From positions 1,015,982 to 1,079,981 of the forward strand of contig CAJINV010000011.1 in NCBI GenBank assembly GCA_905178155.1: a stretch of 64,000 nt of DNA. The letters run 5' to 3'. A program made the position numbers and the translations under genes. Within the stretch, counting starts at the first letter, position 1. The number at the start of each line of letters is the position of its first letter. The DNA comes from Amoebophrya sp. A120. Its lineage: Eukaryota > Protista > Dinoflagellata. Positions 37,971-51,800 of the stretch are shown piece by piece. The notes under the pieces were generated by a model. The model was not told the DNA's origin, ran no database searches, and saw only the letters and a list, made by a program, of their open reading frames with translations.

Positions 37971-40078
37971 ATGGCCGCCTCTGCTGATGTTGGGGAACAG
38001 GACGGCCAGGGCACTGCGTCTGTTGCCGATGGAGGTGGTACGGAAAATCTTCAGCCTGCCGCATTGCAGGATCAAACCGCTACAACGCCTCGCCCCTGGG
38101 GTTTGCATTTCCCCGACATCTGGATAAACATTTCCCGGGGGGATGGGTCTGCAGAGGTGGCGGAAAAATTGCAGGAAGAACGGAAAGACGCTGTTGCCGA
38201 GCTTGCTGTGCGATATTTCGCGTGTACAACAGCATCATCTTCTGCGGGACCACAGCATGAAGAGCCGCCTGTTGACGAAGAAGTTAGATTGTCAACGGAG
38301 GATATCCAAGGAAAAAGGAATTACAGTTACACATTTGTAGTGAATTCAGCATCACGATCACAAATTTGCCTTGTAATGCAGGGATCATAAGGCAAAACAC
38401 ACGCAAAACGAGACCTGCAAGCATTTTGAGCATGACAGAGGTCGTCTGTCTTGCATGTCTTGCAACACAATGTCAATGTGTAGCTTTAACACTCTTTTCG
38501 TTGCATAGAGGACATTCTTGTTGACCCTTTGGAAGGCGGAATCTCCAACTTGCTCTACAAGGCAACGAACAATAAAGGCGGCGCAGCAGGAAAAAATGCG
38601 GAGAGCAGTCACGCCAATAGTTGTACAGCCCATACCGCAGTCCTAATTCGTCTCTTCGGCGACAGTAAGACGAAAAAAGCCATGTCCGTGTGTGAGCGGA
38701 CCACGGAAAACCAAATCTGCTACGATTTGTTCGCAAAAGCAGACATCGGAGCGGGGGTGCTTGCGACATTCGCGAATGGAAGAATAGAGCGGTTCTTCAC
38801 GGGGTCAAGGGCGTTGGAGCCGACCGAAATGCTTGTTGGAGAGATTTCCGTGCAGATTGCCAAGAAACAAGCGGAGTTTCATCAGGTATAATAATAATTC
38901 GTTTTCGAGTGTAGTTTTGGGTCAGTTGTTACCATCTCAAGCTCGACTACATGAGCATGTTGGTTTGGTTTGGTACGCGCAATGGAACTGCATAAGTACT
39001 GGCTTGTTTTTACTTCCCAGTAGTCAGTACTTACTGCCTGCTCAACTTTCTCTTCTAACCACAGGTGGCCTTCGACGTTTCCTCTCGGCCAGCGAAGAAC
39101 GAAGCCAGCACGAAAACGACACCCAAAAGCGAGATCTGGAGCAAACTGCACGACTGGGTTGAGAAGGCTCGTCACGCCGCAGCCTCGCCGAAGGCGCAAA
39201 ACAGGCTAGATGTCGAAGAGCTGAGCGCCGAGCTCGCATTTTGGGAAACGTGGTTTGCGAAAATCGACGAGGAAAATAATGACGCTGCGAGCGAGCAGGA
39301 GAAGGAGAAGATCACCACCATTACACCAAGAACATCATCCGAAAAAAGATTATCCGACTACAACACCGCACGCCGATTTTGGAGCGAAGTAGTCTTCTGT
39401 CACCAGGATCTCCTCGGAGGCAACGTGCTGGTAGATGAGCAGAACAAAACCGCAAGTACAACTACTTCTGCTGACACGACAAACACGAAGGAAATGAAAA
39501 TCAACAAAAACTCCATGCGATTGATCGACTTCGAGTACGCGTGCTGGAACCACCGGGGTCACGACATCGCGAACCACTTCAACGCGATACCGGAGTCGAT
39601 GCTTATCGTCGCGAACAAGTTTGACCCGGATGAATTTTTTCCGAGTAGGGAGCACGTGAAGAAGTACGTGGCAAGTTACCTGCAGGAGCTTTTCAAGATA
39701 AAGCACGGCATAAGTAAAGATGAAACTGCAGAGCAGGCTGCAGTAGAAAATGCTCAGCCGCAAATGGACTCGTCCTCCACCTCCGCGGTCGTCGAGGTCC
39801 TCACTTCCGACTCCGGGCTCGACGCGCTCCTCGAGTACTGCCCTTTGGCCGAGCTGTACTGGATCCTCTGGGCGGTGATTCTTAGCGCCACGTCCGATGT
39901 GGGCTTTGACTACCAGAACTACGCCGAAATGCGGTGGAACGCGGGGTACAAAAAGTACAAAAAGGAAGTGCTCGCGAGAAGAGAAAACCTGCTAGAGGCA
40001 GCTGGTTCGTCGAATAGTAAAAGACCGAAGAGCACCTTCTGCGCGTTTGGAGGTGGCTCTTGCGCGCGCGCGAAGTGA
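37971..40078 (+). CDS. Choline/ethanolamine kinase, 572 aa
   Basis: Exons 37971-38298, 38509-38885, 39065-40078; LEGGISNLLY, Brenner-type VFCHQDLLGGNVL and LIDFEYACWNHRGHDIANHF motifs. Confidence 0.9.
38303..38507. mobile_element. Introner, family G-like (205 bp)
   Basis: TATCCAAGGAAAAAG...CTTTTCGTTGCATA; TSD GAGGA/GAGGA; restores TEDILVDPLEGG; repeated at 48073-48277. Confidence 0.9.
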
Positions 40079-40935
40079 TTCCATTTGCGCTATATTCATA
40101 TCCGTGTGGGTAAAAACAACTAACTTTGAATTTTTGACAACTAAGCGCCTGCTTCGAGTTCTTGTTCTGTGACCAAAAGTACCACCAGTGCATTTTAGTA
40201 GTGATGAACGCCAACGCGATAGAATGAAGATGTTGTGGTCGACCATGCGGGTGCCGTGACCCTAGCAGTGCATTACATAAAAGTTTTTCAAAAGTACATC
40301 GTTTCGACGACGTGATCTATTTCTTGCGATCGCAGCTTTTTTCTGCTTCCAGCAACAGTGTCTGGACAAATCGGTTCTGGGGAAGATATCTTCACTTCAA
40401 ACCATTTACATCCAGAAAACATTTTCGACACTGAAGTGTTGGAGAAAGCTTCGTTTCGATAGTTTGCCTCTGTGAATATCCGAGCTGTAGTGGTGGCACT
40501 AAAAAACCGGATTTACTGAACTTTCAGAGAGTCAGGATGTGGCACTGAGTCACGACGTTATTCTTATTTCTAAAAGAAGAGAGTACCTATAATTGGAAGG
40601 GCGGGCCGGCGCATGTTCGGAGTGTAAACAAAGACGAGAGTTATGATGTTCAAGTAGCAGCGTTGAGGTTGCACATCTTGTTGTCACGAGTAGAGCTACA
40701 CCTACACTGCGCATCATTAAAAATGCTGGCATTGTGGATGCTTCATTCGTCGCTGCACAGACACGACTCATCCTGGCTGAGGAAGAGAACTTCGCCATGT
40801 GTAACTGGAGGAGCACAGCGTACACCTGCCAGTCGTGCTGAACCGCGGGTCACGACCACCGCGTCAACCTCAACCGGGCTGTCGTCTTCGTGGTAGGCAG
40901 AGGTGTATCCCATCCGCAACCAGCACTAGTGGATC

Positions 40936-43900
40936 ATGCTGGAAGCCCCTACAGGAACGAGCGGCGCGCCCGTGCGGCGCATGTCGCGGTCGATGACGAC
41001 CATTCAGAATCCTGACGGCGGACCGACTCTTTTACGCGAATCTGGCCAGCTATGGAACTGTCAGGATCGAAATCGTCAAAGTTGAAATAATTTGTCATGC
41101 ATAAAATGCAAGGCACGAAGTGCCTGTCTTGCCGGGATGGCAAATGAGGCCGATTGTGAGCCTGTTTCGGGTTTGAAATAGAGCTGCTAAAGTAGCATGA
41201 CAAAAGCAGTCTTCTGTGCGCAAACAGCATGACAAATTGGATTCCGATGCTCGGAAAATTTGTCATGCGCCGCTTGATATGTGGGCTTCCGACTGGCATC
41301 CATTTTATGCATGACAAACTATTTCAATTTCAACTTTGACGATTTCAATCCTGACACGCCCATAACAGCCCTCGCAACCCTTTGTTCGAAGCGTGCGACG
41401 CTCGCAAACACGGCCGGAGTCAGACTTGCTGGATCCAGGTACAACTATGGTGGTAGGGCACAATTACCAAACGATAGCATATGAGAAAATAAATGACAAC
41501 AGTGTAACATCAGAGCCACTAGATCTAGAACTAGCAGTAGTTTTGCATAATCAATACACCCACACACGACCATCAGGTGGGCTCATGGTGGGCAGTCCGA
41601 ACCGTCGGAGCTTCCTTCGCCCCCAGCTCTCCCGCCAGGGCACCCTGGATTCCCCGGAGAGTCGCCGCGCGTCCGTGGTCGCCGGGCCACCGCCGTCGTC
41701 CAGAGACATGATGGGCGGAGGAGTAGGTGGGACTGACATCATCGAGGCCAGCGAGCGGGAAAGTTTGAAGGGCGGCGGCGGTGGGGGGCAACCGCAGCAC
41801 CAGCACCACGGCTTTGGGTTCCGGTCGACGAGCAGGTCGAGAATATGGGACGACGTGCAGGAGGGGAATAATTTGCTGAAAACGTTTTTGGAACCGACAG
41901 GAAACAGTCCGGCGAAGGGAATAGGTTTCTGGTTTTTTCTTTGATTTTTGTGATTGTATGAAAGCGGGAACGAACGAACGTGTGGAAGTAGCCAGTGTAC
42001 CCTTCTTTCCAACGACAATCTCAAGCTGCATCTGCTTTTTGGATATCAAGTAAAAAAGCAGTTGCACAAATAGTCGCAGGACACACTAATCGCACTCGCA
42101 CATCACCAGATAGCAGAAAACATATCAACACCGGCAGTTCCCCGCGCCAACTCGCAGACCCAGCTGGACAAGATTCTTCACCACGGTGGGTTATCAAATG
42201 CAAAAATGTCTGGGTCTGGAGGAGTGGAAACTTGTCATGCATATTTCCATGTCCCAGGAGGTTTGGCATGCAGGAGCTAGCATGACAGATTCTGCGAAGT
42301 CTCTATCAAGCCTATCCTGCATGACAAACTGCCACGAAACTTGTTCAAACGTGGACACCTTTTGGTAATCATGCAACACAAATTTTTGCACTATCCAGAC
42401 TTAGCATGACAAGTTCCAACCTTCCAGACCCAGACATTTTTGCATTTGATACGGGTCGGTTCTGGACAACATTCACGAGGTGGTGAACGAAGTGAAGCTC
42501 ATGGACAGCCAGAATCCGCATTCTCTAAGAGCCTTTGTCGCGAAGAAGAAGCTGCTGCTCTGGCTGTTCATGGAAGAACCGTTTCTCACCCCGGTTTCCA
42601 CGGCTTACTCCCTCGGGATGATTGTGCTGGTCGTGTTTGGGTTTTACACTGCAGTGAAGCCACAGGTACTCATTTTTACGAGCATTCAGAACAACTGCTG
42701 CGATTTCTTGCAATGCTGTGAATGCTGCGAATGTTGTGTTTGTGATGCATAAAAATAAAATTAAAAGCAATTATGACGACAAAAACTAGACCTACGAAGC
42801 CTTCACCGGTGAGTTCCACGATACCGCCTGGGTGGAGGAGAAGCTTTTTTGGTGGACGTTCGCAATTAACCTCATCTGCACGCTGGAGACCGCACTACGC
42901 TTCTCGGTCGCACCGGTGAAGATGAAGTTCATAAACCAAGTTTCGAACCTGTTCGACATTCTGGCGGTGCTCCCCTTCTGGATCAACAATTGTTTCCGGC
43001 TAGACAAACACGTCTCCCCCGGCCTCCGTTACATCTCCGTTTTCGGTGCGGTTTTCTGGTTGGTCAAGCTCTGCAGATATTTCCCAGGTTGGTACCTACT
43101 CCGCATGGCATTGCGGAACAGCATGGCGGCTTTGTTAATCCCGGTGTTTTTCCTGTTGATGATGGGTGTTGCGGGGGCGTCGCTCGTGTTGACGTTTGAC
43201 TGGATTTCTGCCGTGAACGGCGGGATCCCCTTGCAGATCTCTTCCTGGATGAAGGCTTTTCACTACATCATGGTGGTCACCATCTCCATCGACGTATCAC
43301 CAGTTTACGGGACCGCGGCGCAATCCGCCTTGGCGCAAGCGATCGCGGTGTTGTGGATGTATTTGGGTGTGATTTTCCTCTCCATGCCCATCGCAATCGT
43401 GGGAACGTGCTTCTCCCAGACCTGGTTCGACCAGGACAGAATCGTGTTAGTGGAGAAGGTCCGATCGAGAATGCGGCAGCAGGGGTACACGACGGACGAC
43501 TTGCGGGAGGTTTTTGACGAGGTGGATGAGGACGGGTCAGGCGAGATCGATTTCTACGAGTTCAAGCGCATGCTCGAAGCGTTCCACTTCTTCGCGCCGA
43601 TCGGGAAAACGAGGAAACTCTTCAACCACTTCGATACTAATGGGACAGGCTCAATAAGTTATCAGGAGTTCGTCTGCGTCATTTTTCCCGAGATCACCGA
43701 CATTGTCGACTGGGACACGCAACGGGTGGATCGAGACGCTTTGGAGGTGATAGAGGAGGTGGAATCCGATTTGGAAGAAGACTCCTCCGCCCTGTACAGC
43801 AGTACCGGCAGTAGTGGTGCGGATGATGAGAGCTCGGAGTCGTTTCTGCAAAAACGATCTAGATCGCAGTCGTTGGACAAAAAGTCGGTGAACTTTTCGA

Positions 43901-45574
43901 AGACAAGTAGCGAAGACGAGGAGGAGGACGAGGATGGGCCGGCGCGGTTGAGCATCCCGGGGCTGATATCGAAGGGAAAATTGGTCGTGCACAATCCTCT
44001 AAAGGAAGAAAAGCCTGATGCTGGTCGTGAACCGCCTGATAAAGACAATAAGAGTGCAACTACAGCTGCAACAGTAGGAGCTGCATCAGAACCACCTCCA
44101 CCAGCAGATGACAGCACAGCCGGCGGGGGTGGCGAAAATGGTACAGATGATGCAAAAGCGGAACAAGGCGTGGTCACGCAACAAGACAACCCCACTCCCG
44201 ACTTGAACGACAGTAGCATGTTGATCAACGTTCCAGATCATGACACCTCTTTCGCATCATCCGGGAAAAAAAATCAAGCCACGTCACAGAAACAAGCACC
44301 AGGCGGCACAAATCCACGCGAGGAAATCGGCGGTAGCTCTGGATCTTCAAAAAACTCAAAGGAAGAGCAGGCGGACAACCCAGCAGATCCGAATCCTGCG
44401 TCACCAATGGCAGCAGGAGCCAATGACGCCCCACCACCTCAGAAAAACGGCGAAGAAACTTCTACCCAAGTAGAAATGAAGCCAGAATCACCGCCTCCCG
44501 ACGACCCCGTCCCGGAGCGCGTTGTCCCGCGCAGAAGGCAGCAGAGCAGTACCGCCCGTCCGAGGATTGGCACAGTGGAGTCCGTAGCATCACGAGCGTC
44601 GAGGCGGTCCACGCGGTCCGGGAGGCGAAGCAGGCGGGAGAGCAGTGGTCGGCGGTCGTCTAATCGCGACGAAAACGGCGGGAATTCCGCAGTAGAGAAG
44701 AACAGCTCCCTGGTTTCGGCGTTGAGCGTCGCGGCGTTAAATCTGGGGAAAGCGGCAATACGAAGAGGAAGCTCCATGGTATCGATTTTGGCTGTGAGAA
44801 GATGATGCTCTACCATGTTGCAACATTTTCATCCACCTCGCAGAATTTTGATTTTTTAGTAGAGGTGTCGCACAGTAGAAGCACTCCTGCAAACCGCAAT
44901 CGCACTACACAGGTTTCCCTCGGACCCAACGACGAGGAACTGCTGGGTCAAAACATCGTGGTGGACAAGGGCGTAATGCGCCGGACCCGGTCTACCGACG
45001 GCTTTGCGGCGGGCTCGCTCACCGGCAGCTTGGGGCTTGCCTCCGGCGGAACCAGTCCGCCGCCACGGGGCGGCGCGCTGGCCGCCATGGCCTCTGGTGG
45101 TAGATACTAACTTTTTGCCGAAAAAATTATCGGGAAGATGATCTTGATGGAAGACATGCAAGTGCCGATGTAGTATTTCTTCTAGTGAAGAACAAGCTCC
45201 TTGTTCGAAAACAAAAAATCGCACCCACCCCTGGAGGTTCCTCCATTACAACAGGTCCGATCCCACGCGGCAGACGTTCGGGTGGAGAGCAGCTACAATC
45301 AAGACCTTCTGGCGGCGCAGCAACGGCCAGTTCCACCAAATCTTCTGCCAGACCACTTGAACAAGCCGTCGACGGAAATATTAATCTCGTCCCTGTTGCT
45401 CGCACTCTTTCCGCCGGCGCCGCCAGGGTGTCTCCGGCCAGTGGCGCTGCCGGCATTTTCAGTTCCCTGTTTGGTCGGAGTTCTTCGAGGAAGACCGACG
45501 CAGCGAGGGGGGCCCCAGAGATCACGACAAGCGCTGCGATGGGGGGAGGTGGAGGTGGAATCGTGCCAACAACA
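40936..45574 (+). CDS. Kv-like channel with EF hands, copy truncated at the assembly gap
   Basis: Same sequence as 50706-55344; runs into a family A introner (45579-45716) cut by the N gap. Confidence 0.6.
41051..41364. mobile_element. Introner, family H (314 bp)
   Basis: TATGGAACTGTCAGGATCGAAATCGTCAAAGTTGAAAT TIR; TSD CCAGC/ACAGC; restores ESGQPSQP; repeated at 50821-51134. Confidence 0.9.
42192..42451. mobile_element. Introner, family A (260 bp)
   Basis: TATCAAATGCAAAAATGTCTGGGTCTGGA TIR; TSD TGGGT/CGGGT; restores HGGSVLDN; repeated at 51962-52221. Confidence 0.93.
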
Positions 45575-45716
45575 AGCATATCGAATGTAAAAATGTCTGG
45601 GTCTGGAACATTCTGACGCTTGTCATGCACGTTTTGCATGAGCCCTGATGTCTGTGATGCATGCCCTAGCATCACAGATTTTTTCAGAGCTTCTTGATGC
45701 CTATTCCGCATGACAA

Positions 45717-45816
45717 NNNNNNNNNNNNNNNNNNNNNNNNNNNNNNNNNNNNNNNNNNNNNNNNNNNNNNNNNNNNNNNNNNNNNNNNNNNNNNNNNNNN
45801 NNNNNNNNNNNNNNNN
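45717..45816. other. Scaffold gap (100 N)
   Basis: Run of 100 n. Confidence 1.
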
Positions 45817-48800
45817 AAACTGCGCTTATGTGCTTCGCGGCTCTTGTTTTTGGCGTGTTTGCCGCGGCTGCTGCAGTGCTTGCTCTTTTGCAAGCACAGG
45901 AAGACGAAAAGACATGGCCAAAGAATGACGCCCGGGCCATGACATGGCCCGGGCGTCATAAGCCTGGACAACTAACTTCTGCGGTGTGCAGAACCCACTT
46001 CCCAGAAGAGCAAAAGGGACAATGTCCCGGCAGTCTCCTCTGCTATTTGTCATGCAAAATTCACTACAAACTCACCACTTCTCATGCTAACGGGTGTTAA
46101 AGCTCTAAACCCAGCTCCTCAACCTCATTCGGAGAACTACGAGTATGCTGTGCAAAAGTATCGTACTCGTATAAATGCATTACAAATTGCATCAGCATGA
46201 CAAAAAGAATTTGTCATGCTGTTTTCGATTGGGATGGAGATTTGTAATGCATAATTGCAATTCATACGAGTACGATACTTTTGCACAGGATAACGAGGAG
46301 CAGGAAGCAATTTCCCAGTAGTCCCCCAACAAGCAGTATCCAAGAAAAAAACGTTGTTAGTGTAAATCTGTGATGCGCAACATGCAAGACGATTGCGTCT
46401 GTCATGCTTGGCATGCATCGTAGGGTCCAATAAAGGGCGTTTTCGCGTACTATCTGCGCATGACAGGTTTTTGCTGTCATGCCAGACATATTTGTAATGC
46501 TGTTCCTCCAAAGAAGTTACACCTACAATGTTTTTTTCTTGGATAAGCAGGTCAGCCTCTCCTGCAGCCCGGCTTGGAGCTTTCTTTCTCGCCACCTCAA
46601 GGCCCCCGCCGCTATTCGAACGCATACTATCCAATACAGAACCAATCTGGCCAGACCAACGCTTCAGGAATTATGGAGCAGCAAGACAGGATGAATTTAA
46701 ATTTAACCTCCTCGCAGGCGAAGCGGAGACTCCAAAACGACAACCCGTGGCTTGACGCGCAGTTAGTTCGCGCGCTCTCTATCCGGGATGTGTCTCAACA
46801 GCAAGGACTCGTGGCCCAAGGAATCAACGGTAATATGGTCGTGCCGCAAAGTAATAGTGGGACGTATTTCATTGCAGCAGAAGTAGAAGATGTTGGAGCT
46901 CCTGCTGGTGGTGTGATGGAGTACACCACTAGTACACGACGCGCAGAGGAGCAGCAACATCAGCAACCTGAAGGAGAGCAGGCCCCGTTGGAGGAGGACT
47001 TTCTACTTCCAAAAATTTGATGACGCAGCTCCCTGCTTTTGAAATATAAAATTTTGGAGTACTACACGAAAGAAAAATCACGATGTCGTGTAAGTTTCTG
47101 ACTCGAGGTTGTCGTCTAACATTTTGACCACAAGTAGCTTAGTACGAGGAGATCGCATAGAAGTTTTAACTCCTCACTCGTGTATGATGCTGTTGAGGAT
47201 GAAATCGTGCAAATTTAGGTCAATCAAACGAAGTAAGTGTCTTTTATTTGACCTAAGCGACATATACGACAACGACTACGACAAGAACGTACTAGGTGCA
47301 GGTAGTTGTACCCACTGGTATTACAACCAAGATGCAGCTCTCAGTGAGCTTGCCAGCCAACAAGCCCTGTACTAGAAAATGAAAATAGAAGCGATTCGCG
47401 CAAAAAAGACAGCCTCCTTGCTGCGCCAAGAAAAGAAAGGCCCAGGCTCCGATGTTGCAGTCTTGAACGACCCTCGATGTTCAATAGCAGCGACATGCTC
47501 GCTTGCAACAACGACACTTCGACGCTCCTGTTTCGCCCGCCGTTCTTGTGAAAACGATGGTGCGTGCACACTGCTTAAGTGCCGTGTTGTGTCGTGGCCG
47601 CTGACTTGAGTGGCGTTTTGAAAGGTAACAAGGTTACCATAGGCGTCGACTGACACGGAAGTAGTCCTCGATAACTACCACTGCATGAAGACGAAGAACA
47701 AGAGGGAATGCAAGCTCAACCCAGCAGCTAGTACGTGACTATGGCCGCCTCTGCTGATGTTGGGGAACAGGACGGCCAGGGCACTGCGTCTGTTGCCGAT
47801 GGAGGTGGTACGGAAAATCTTCAGCCTGCCGCATTGCAGGATCAAACCGCTACAACGCCTCGCCCCTGGGGTTTGCATTTCCCCGACATCTGGATAAACA
47901 TTTCCCGGGGGGATGGGTCTGCAGAGGTGGCGGAAAAATTGCAGGAAGAACGGAAAGACGCTGTTGCCGAGCTTGCTGTGCGATATTTCGCGTGTACAAC
48001 AGCATCATCTTCTGCGGGACCACAGCATGAAGAGCCGCCTGTTGACGAAGAAGTTAGATTGTCAACGGAGGATATCCAAGGAAAAAGGAATTACAGTTAC
48101 ACATTTGTAGTGAATTCAGCATCACGATCACAAATTTGCCTTGTAATGCAGGGATCATAAGGCAAAACACACGCAAAACGAGACCTGCAAGCATTTTGAG
48201 CATGACAGAGGTCGTCTGTCTTGCATGTCTTGCAACACAATGTCAATGTGTAGCTTTAACACTCTTTTCGTTGCATAGAGGACATTCTTGTTGACCCTTT
48301 GGAAGGCGGAATCTCCAACTTGCTCTACAAGGCAACGAACAATAAAGGCGGCGCAGCAGGAAAAAATGCGGAGAGCAGTCACGCCAATAGTTGTACAGCC
48401 CATACCGCAGTCCTAATTCGTCTCTTCGGCGACAGTAAGACGAAAAAAGCCATGTCCGTGTGTGAGCGGACCACGGAAAACCAAATCTGCTACGATTTGT
48501 TCGCAAAAGCAGACATCGGAGCGGGGGTGCTTGCGACATTCGCGAATGGAAGAATAGAGCGGTTCTTCACGGGGTCAAGGGCGTTGGAGCCGACCGAAAT
48601 GCTTGTTGGAGAGATTTCCGTGCAGATTGCCAAGAAACAAGCGGAGTTTCATCAGGTATAATAATAATTCGTTTTCGAGTGTAGTTTTGGGTCAGTTGTT
48701 ACCATCTCAAGCTCGACTACATGAGCATGTTGGTTTGGTTTGGTACGCGCAATGGAACTGCATAAGTACTGGCTTGTTTTTACTTCCCAGTAGTCAGTAC

Positions 48801-51800
48801 TTACTGCCTGCTCAACTTTCTCTTCTAACCACAGGTGGCCTTCGACGTTTCCTCTCGGCCAGCGAAGAACGAAGCCAGCACGAAAACGACACCCAAAAGC
48901 GAGATCTGGAGCAAACTGCACGACTGGGTTGAGAAGGCTCGTCACGCCGCAGCCTCGCCGAAGGCGCAAAACAGGCTAGATGTCGAAGAGCTGAGCGCCG
49001 AGCTCGCATTTTGGGAAACGTGGTTTGCGAAAATCGACGAGGAAAATAATGACGCTGCGAGCGAGCAGGAGAAGGAGAAGATCACCACCATTACACCAAG
49101 AACATCATCCGAAAAAAGATTATCCGACTACAACACCGCACGCCGATTTTGGAGCGAAGTAGTCTTCTGTCACCAGGATCTCCTCGGAGGCAACGTGCTG
49201 GTAGATGAGCAGAACAAAACCGCAAGTACAACTACTTCTGCTGACACGACAAACACGAAGGAAATGAAAATCAACAAAAACTCCATGCGATTGATCGACT
49301 TCGAGTACGCGTGCTGGAACCACCGGGGTCACGACATCGCGAACCACTTCAACGCGATACCGGAGTCGATGCTTATCGTCGCGAACAAGTTTGACCCGGA
49401 TGAATTTTTTCCGAGTAGGGAGCACGTGAAGAAGTACGTGGCAAGTTACCTGCAGGAGCTTTTCAAGATAAAGCACGGCATAAGTAAAGATGAAACTGCA
49501 GAGCAGGCTGCAGTAGAAAATGCTCAGCCGCAAATGGACTCGTCCTCCACCTCCGCGGTCGTCGAGGTCCTCACTTCCGACTCCGGGCTCGACGCGCTCC
49601 TCGAGTACTGCCCTTTGGCCGAGCTGTACTGGATCCTCTGGGCGGTGATTCTTAGCGCCACGTCCGATGTGGGCTTTGACTACCAGAACTACGCCGAAAT
49701 GCGGTGGAACGCGGGGTACAAAAAGTACAAAAAGGAAGTGCTCGCGAGAAGAGAAAACCTGCTAGAGGCAGCTGGTTCGTCGAATAGTAAAAGACCGAAG
49801 AGCACCTTCTGCGCGTTTGGAGGTGGCTCTTGCGCGCGCGCGAAGTGATTCCATTTGCGCTATATTCATATCCGTGTGGGTAAAAACAACTAACTTTGAA
49901 TTTTTGACAACTAAGCGCCTGCTTCGAGTTCTTGTTCTGTGACCAAAAGTACCACCAGTGCATTTTAGTAGTGATGAACGCCAACGCGATAGAATGAAGA
50001 TGTTGTGGTCGACCATGCGGGTGCCGTGACCCTAGCAGTGCATTACATAAAAGTTTTTCAAAAGTACATCGTTTCGACGACGTGATCTATTTCTTGCGAT
50101 CGCAGCTTTTTTCTGCTTCCAGCAACAGTGTCTGGACAAATCGGTTCTGGGGAAGATATCTTCACTTCAAACCATTTACATCCAGAAAACATTTTCGACA
50201 CTGAAGTGTTGGAGAAAGCTTCGTTTCGATAGTTTGCCTCTGTGAATATCCGAGCTGTAGTGGTGGCACTAAAAAACCGGATTTACTGAACTTTCAGAGA
50301 GTCAGGATGTGGCACTGAGTCACGACGTTATTCTTATTTCTAAAAGAAGAGAGTACCTATAATTGGAAGGGCGGGCCGGCGCATGTTCGGAGTGTAAACA
50401 AAGACGAGAGTTATGATGTTCAAGTAGCAGCGTTGAGGTTGCACATCTTGTTGTCACGAGTAGAGCTACACCTACACTGCGCATCATTAAAAATGCTGGC
50501 ATTGTGGATGCTTCATTCGTCGCTGCACAGACACGACTCATCCTGGCTGAGGAAGAGAACTTCGCCATGTGTAACTGGAGGAGCACAGCGTACACCTGCC
50601 AGTCGTGCTGAACCGCGGGTCACGACCACCGCGTCAACCTCAACCGGGCTGTCGTCTTCGTGGTAGGCAGAGGTGTATCCCATCCGCAACCAGCACTAGT
50701 GGATCATGCTGGAAGCCCCTACAGGAACGAGCGGCGCGCCCGTGCGGCGCATGTCGCGGTCGATGACGACCATTCAGAATCCTGACGGCGGACCGACTCT
50801 TTTACGCGAATCTGGCCAGCTATGGAACTGTCAGGATCGAAATCGTCAAAGTTGAAATAATTTGTCATGCATAAAATGCAAGGCACGAAGTGCCTGTCTT
50901 GCCGGGATGGCAAATGAGGCCGATTGTGAGCCTGTTTCGGGTTTGAAATAGAGCTGCTAAAGTAGCATGACAAAAGCAGTCTTCTGTGCGCAAACAGCAT
51001 GACAAATTGGATTCCGATGCTCGGAAAATTTGTCATGCGCCGCTTGATATGTGGGCTTCCGACTGGCATCCATTTTATGCATGACAAACTATTTCAATTT
51101 CAACTTTGACGATTTCAATCCTGACACGCCCATAACAGCCCTCGCAACCCTTTGTTCGAAGCGTGCGACGCTCGCAAACACGGCCGGAGTCAGACTTGCT
51201 GGATCCAGGTACAACTATGGTGGTAGGGCACAATTACCAAACGATAGCATATGAGAAAATAAATGACAACAGTGTAACATCAGAGCCACTAGATCTAGAA
51301 CTAGCAGTAGTTTTGCATAATCAATACACCCACACACGACCATCAGGTGGGCTCATGGTGGGCAGTCCGAACCGTCGGAGCTTCCTTCGCCCCCAGCTCT
51401 CCCGCCAGGGCACCCTGGATTCCCCGGAGAGTCGCCGCGCGTCCGTGGTCGCCGGGCCACCGCCGTCGTCCAGAGACATGATGGGCGGAGGAGTAGGTGG
51501 GACTGACATCATCGAGGCCAGCGAGCGGGAAAGTTTGAAGGGCGGCGGCGGTGGGGGGCAACCGCAGCACCAGCACCACGGCTTTGGGTTCCGGTCGACG
51601 AGCAGGTCGAGAATATGGGACGACGTGCAGGAGGGGAATAATTTGCTGAAAACGTTTTTGGAACCGACAGGAAACAGTCCGGCGAAGGGAATAGGTTTCT
51701 GGTTTTTTCTTTGATTTTTGTGATTGTATGAAAGCGGGAACGAACGAACGTGTGGAAGTAGCCAGTGTACCCTTCTTTCCAACGACAATCTCAAGCTGCA

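Larger units (their letters stand above)
36047..45716 (+). repeat. 9.67-kb near-identical duplication, copy 1 (copy 2 = 45817-55486); probable assembly overlap
   Basis: Constant offset of 9,770; ORF tracks identical; the only difference noticed is G45689 vs C55459; copies separated by exactly 100 N. Confidence 0.95.
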
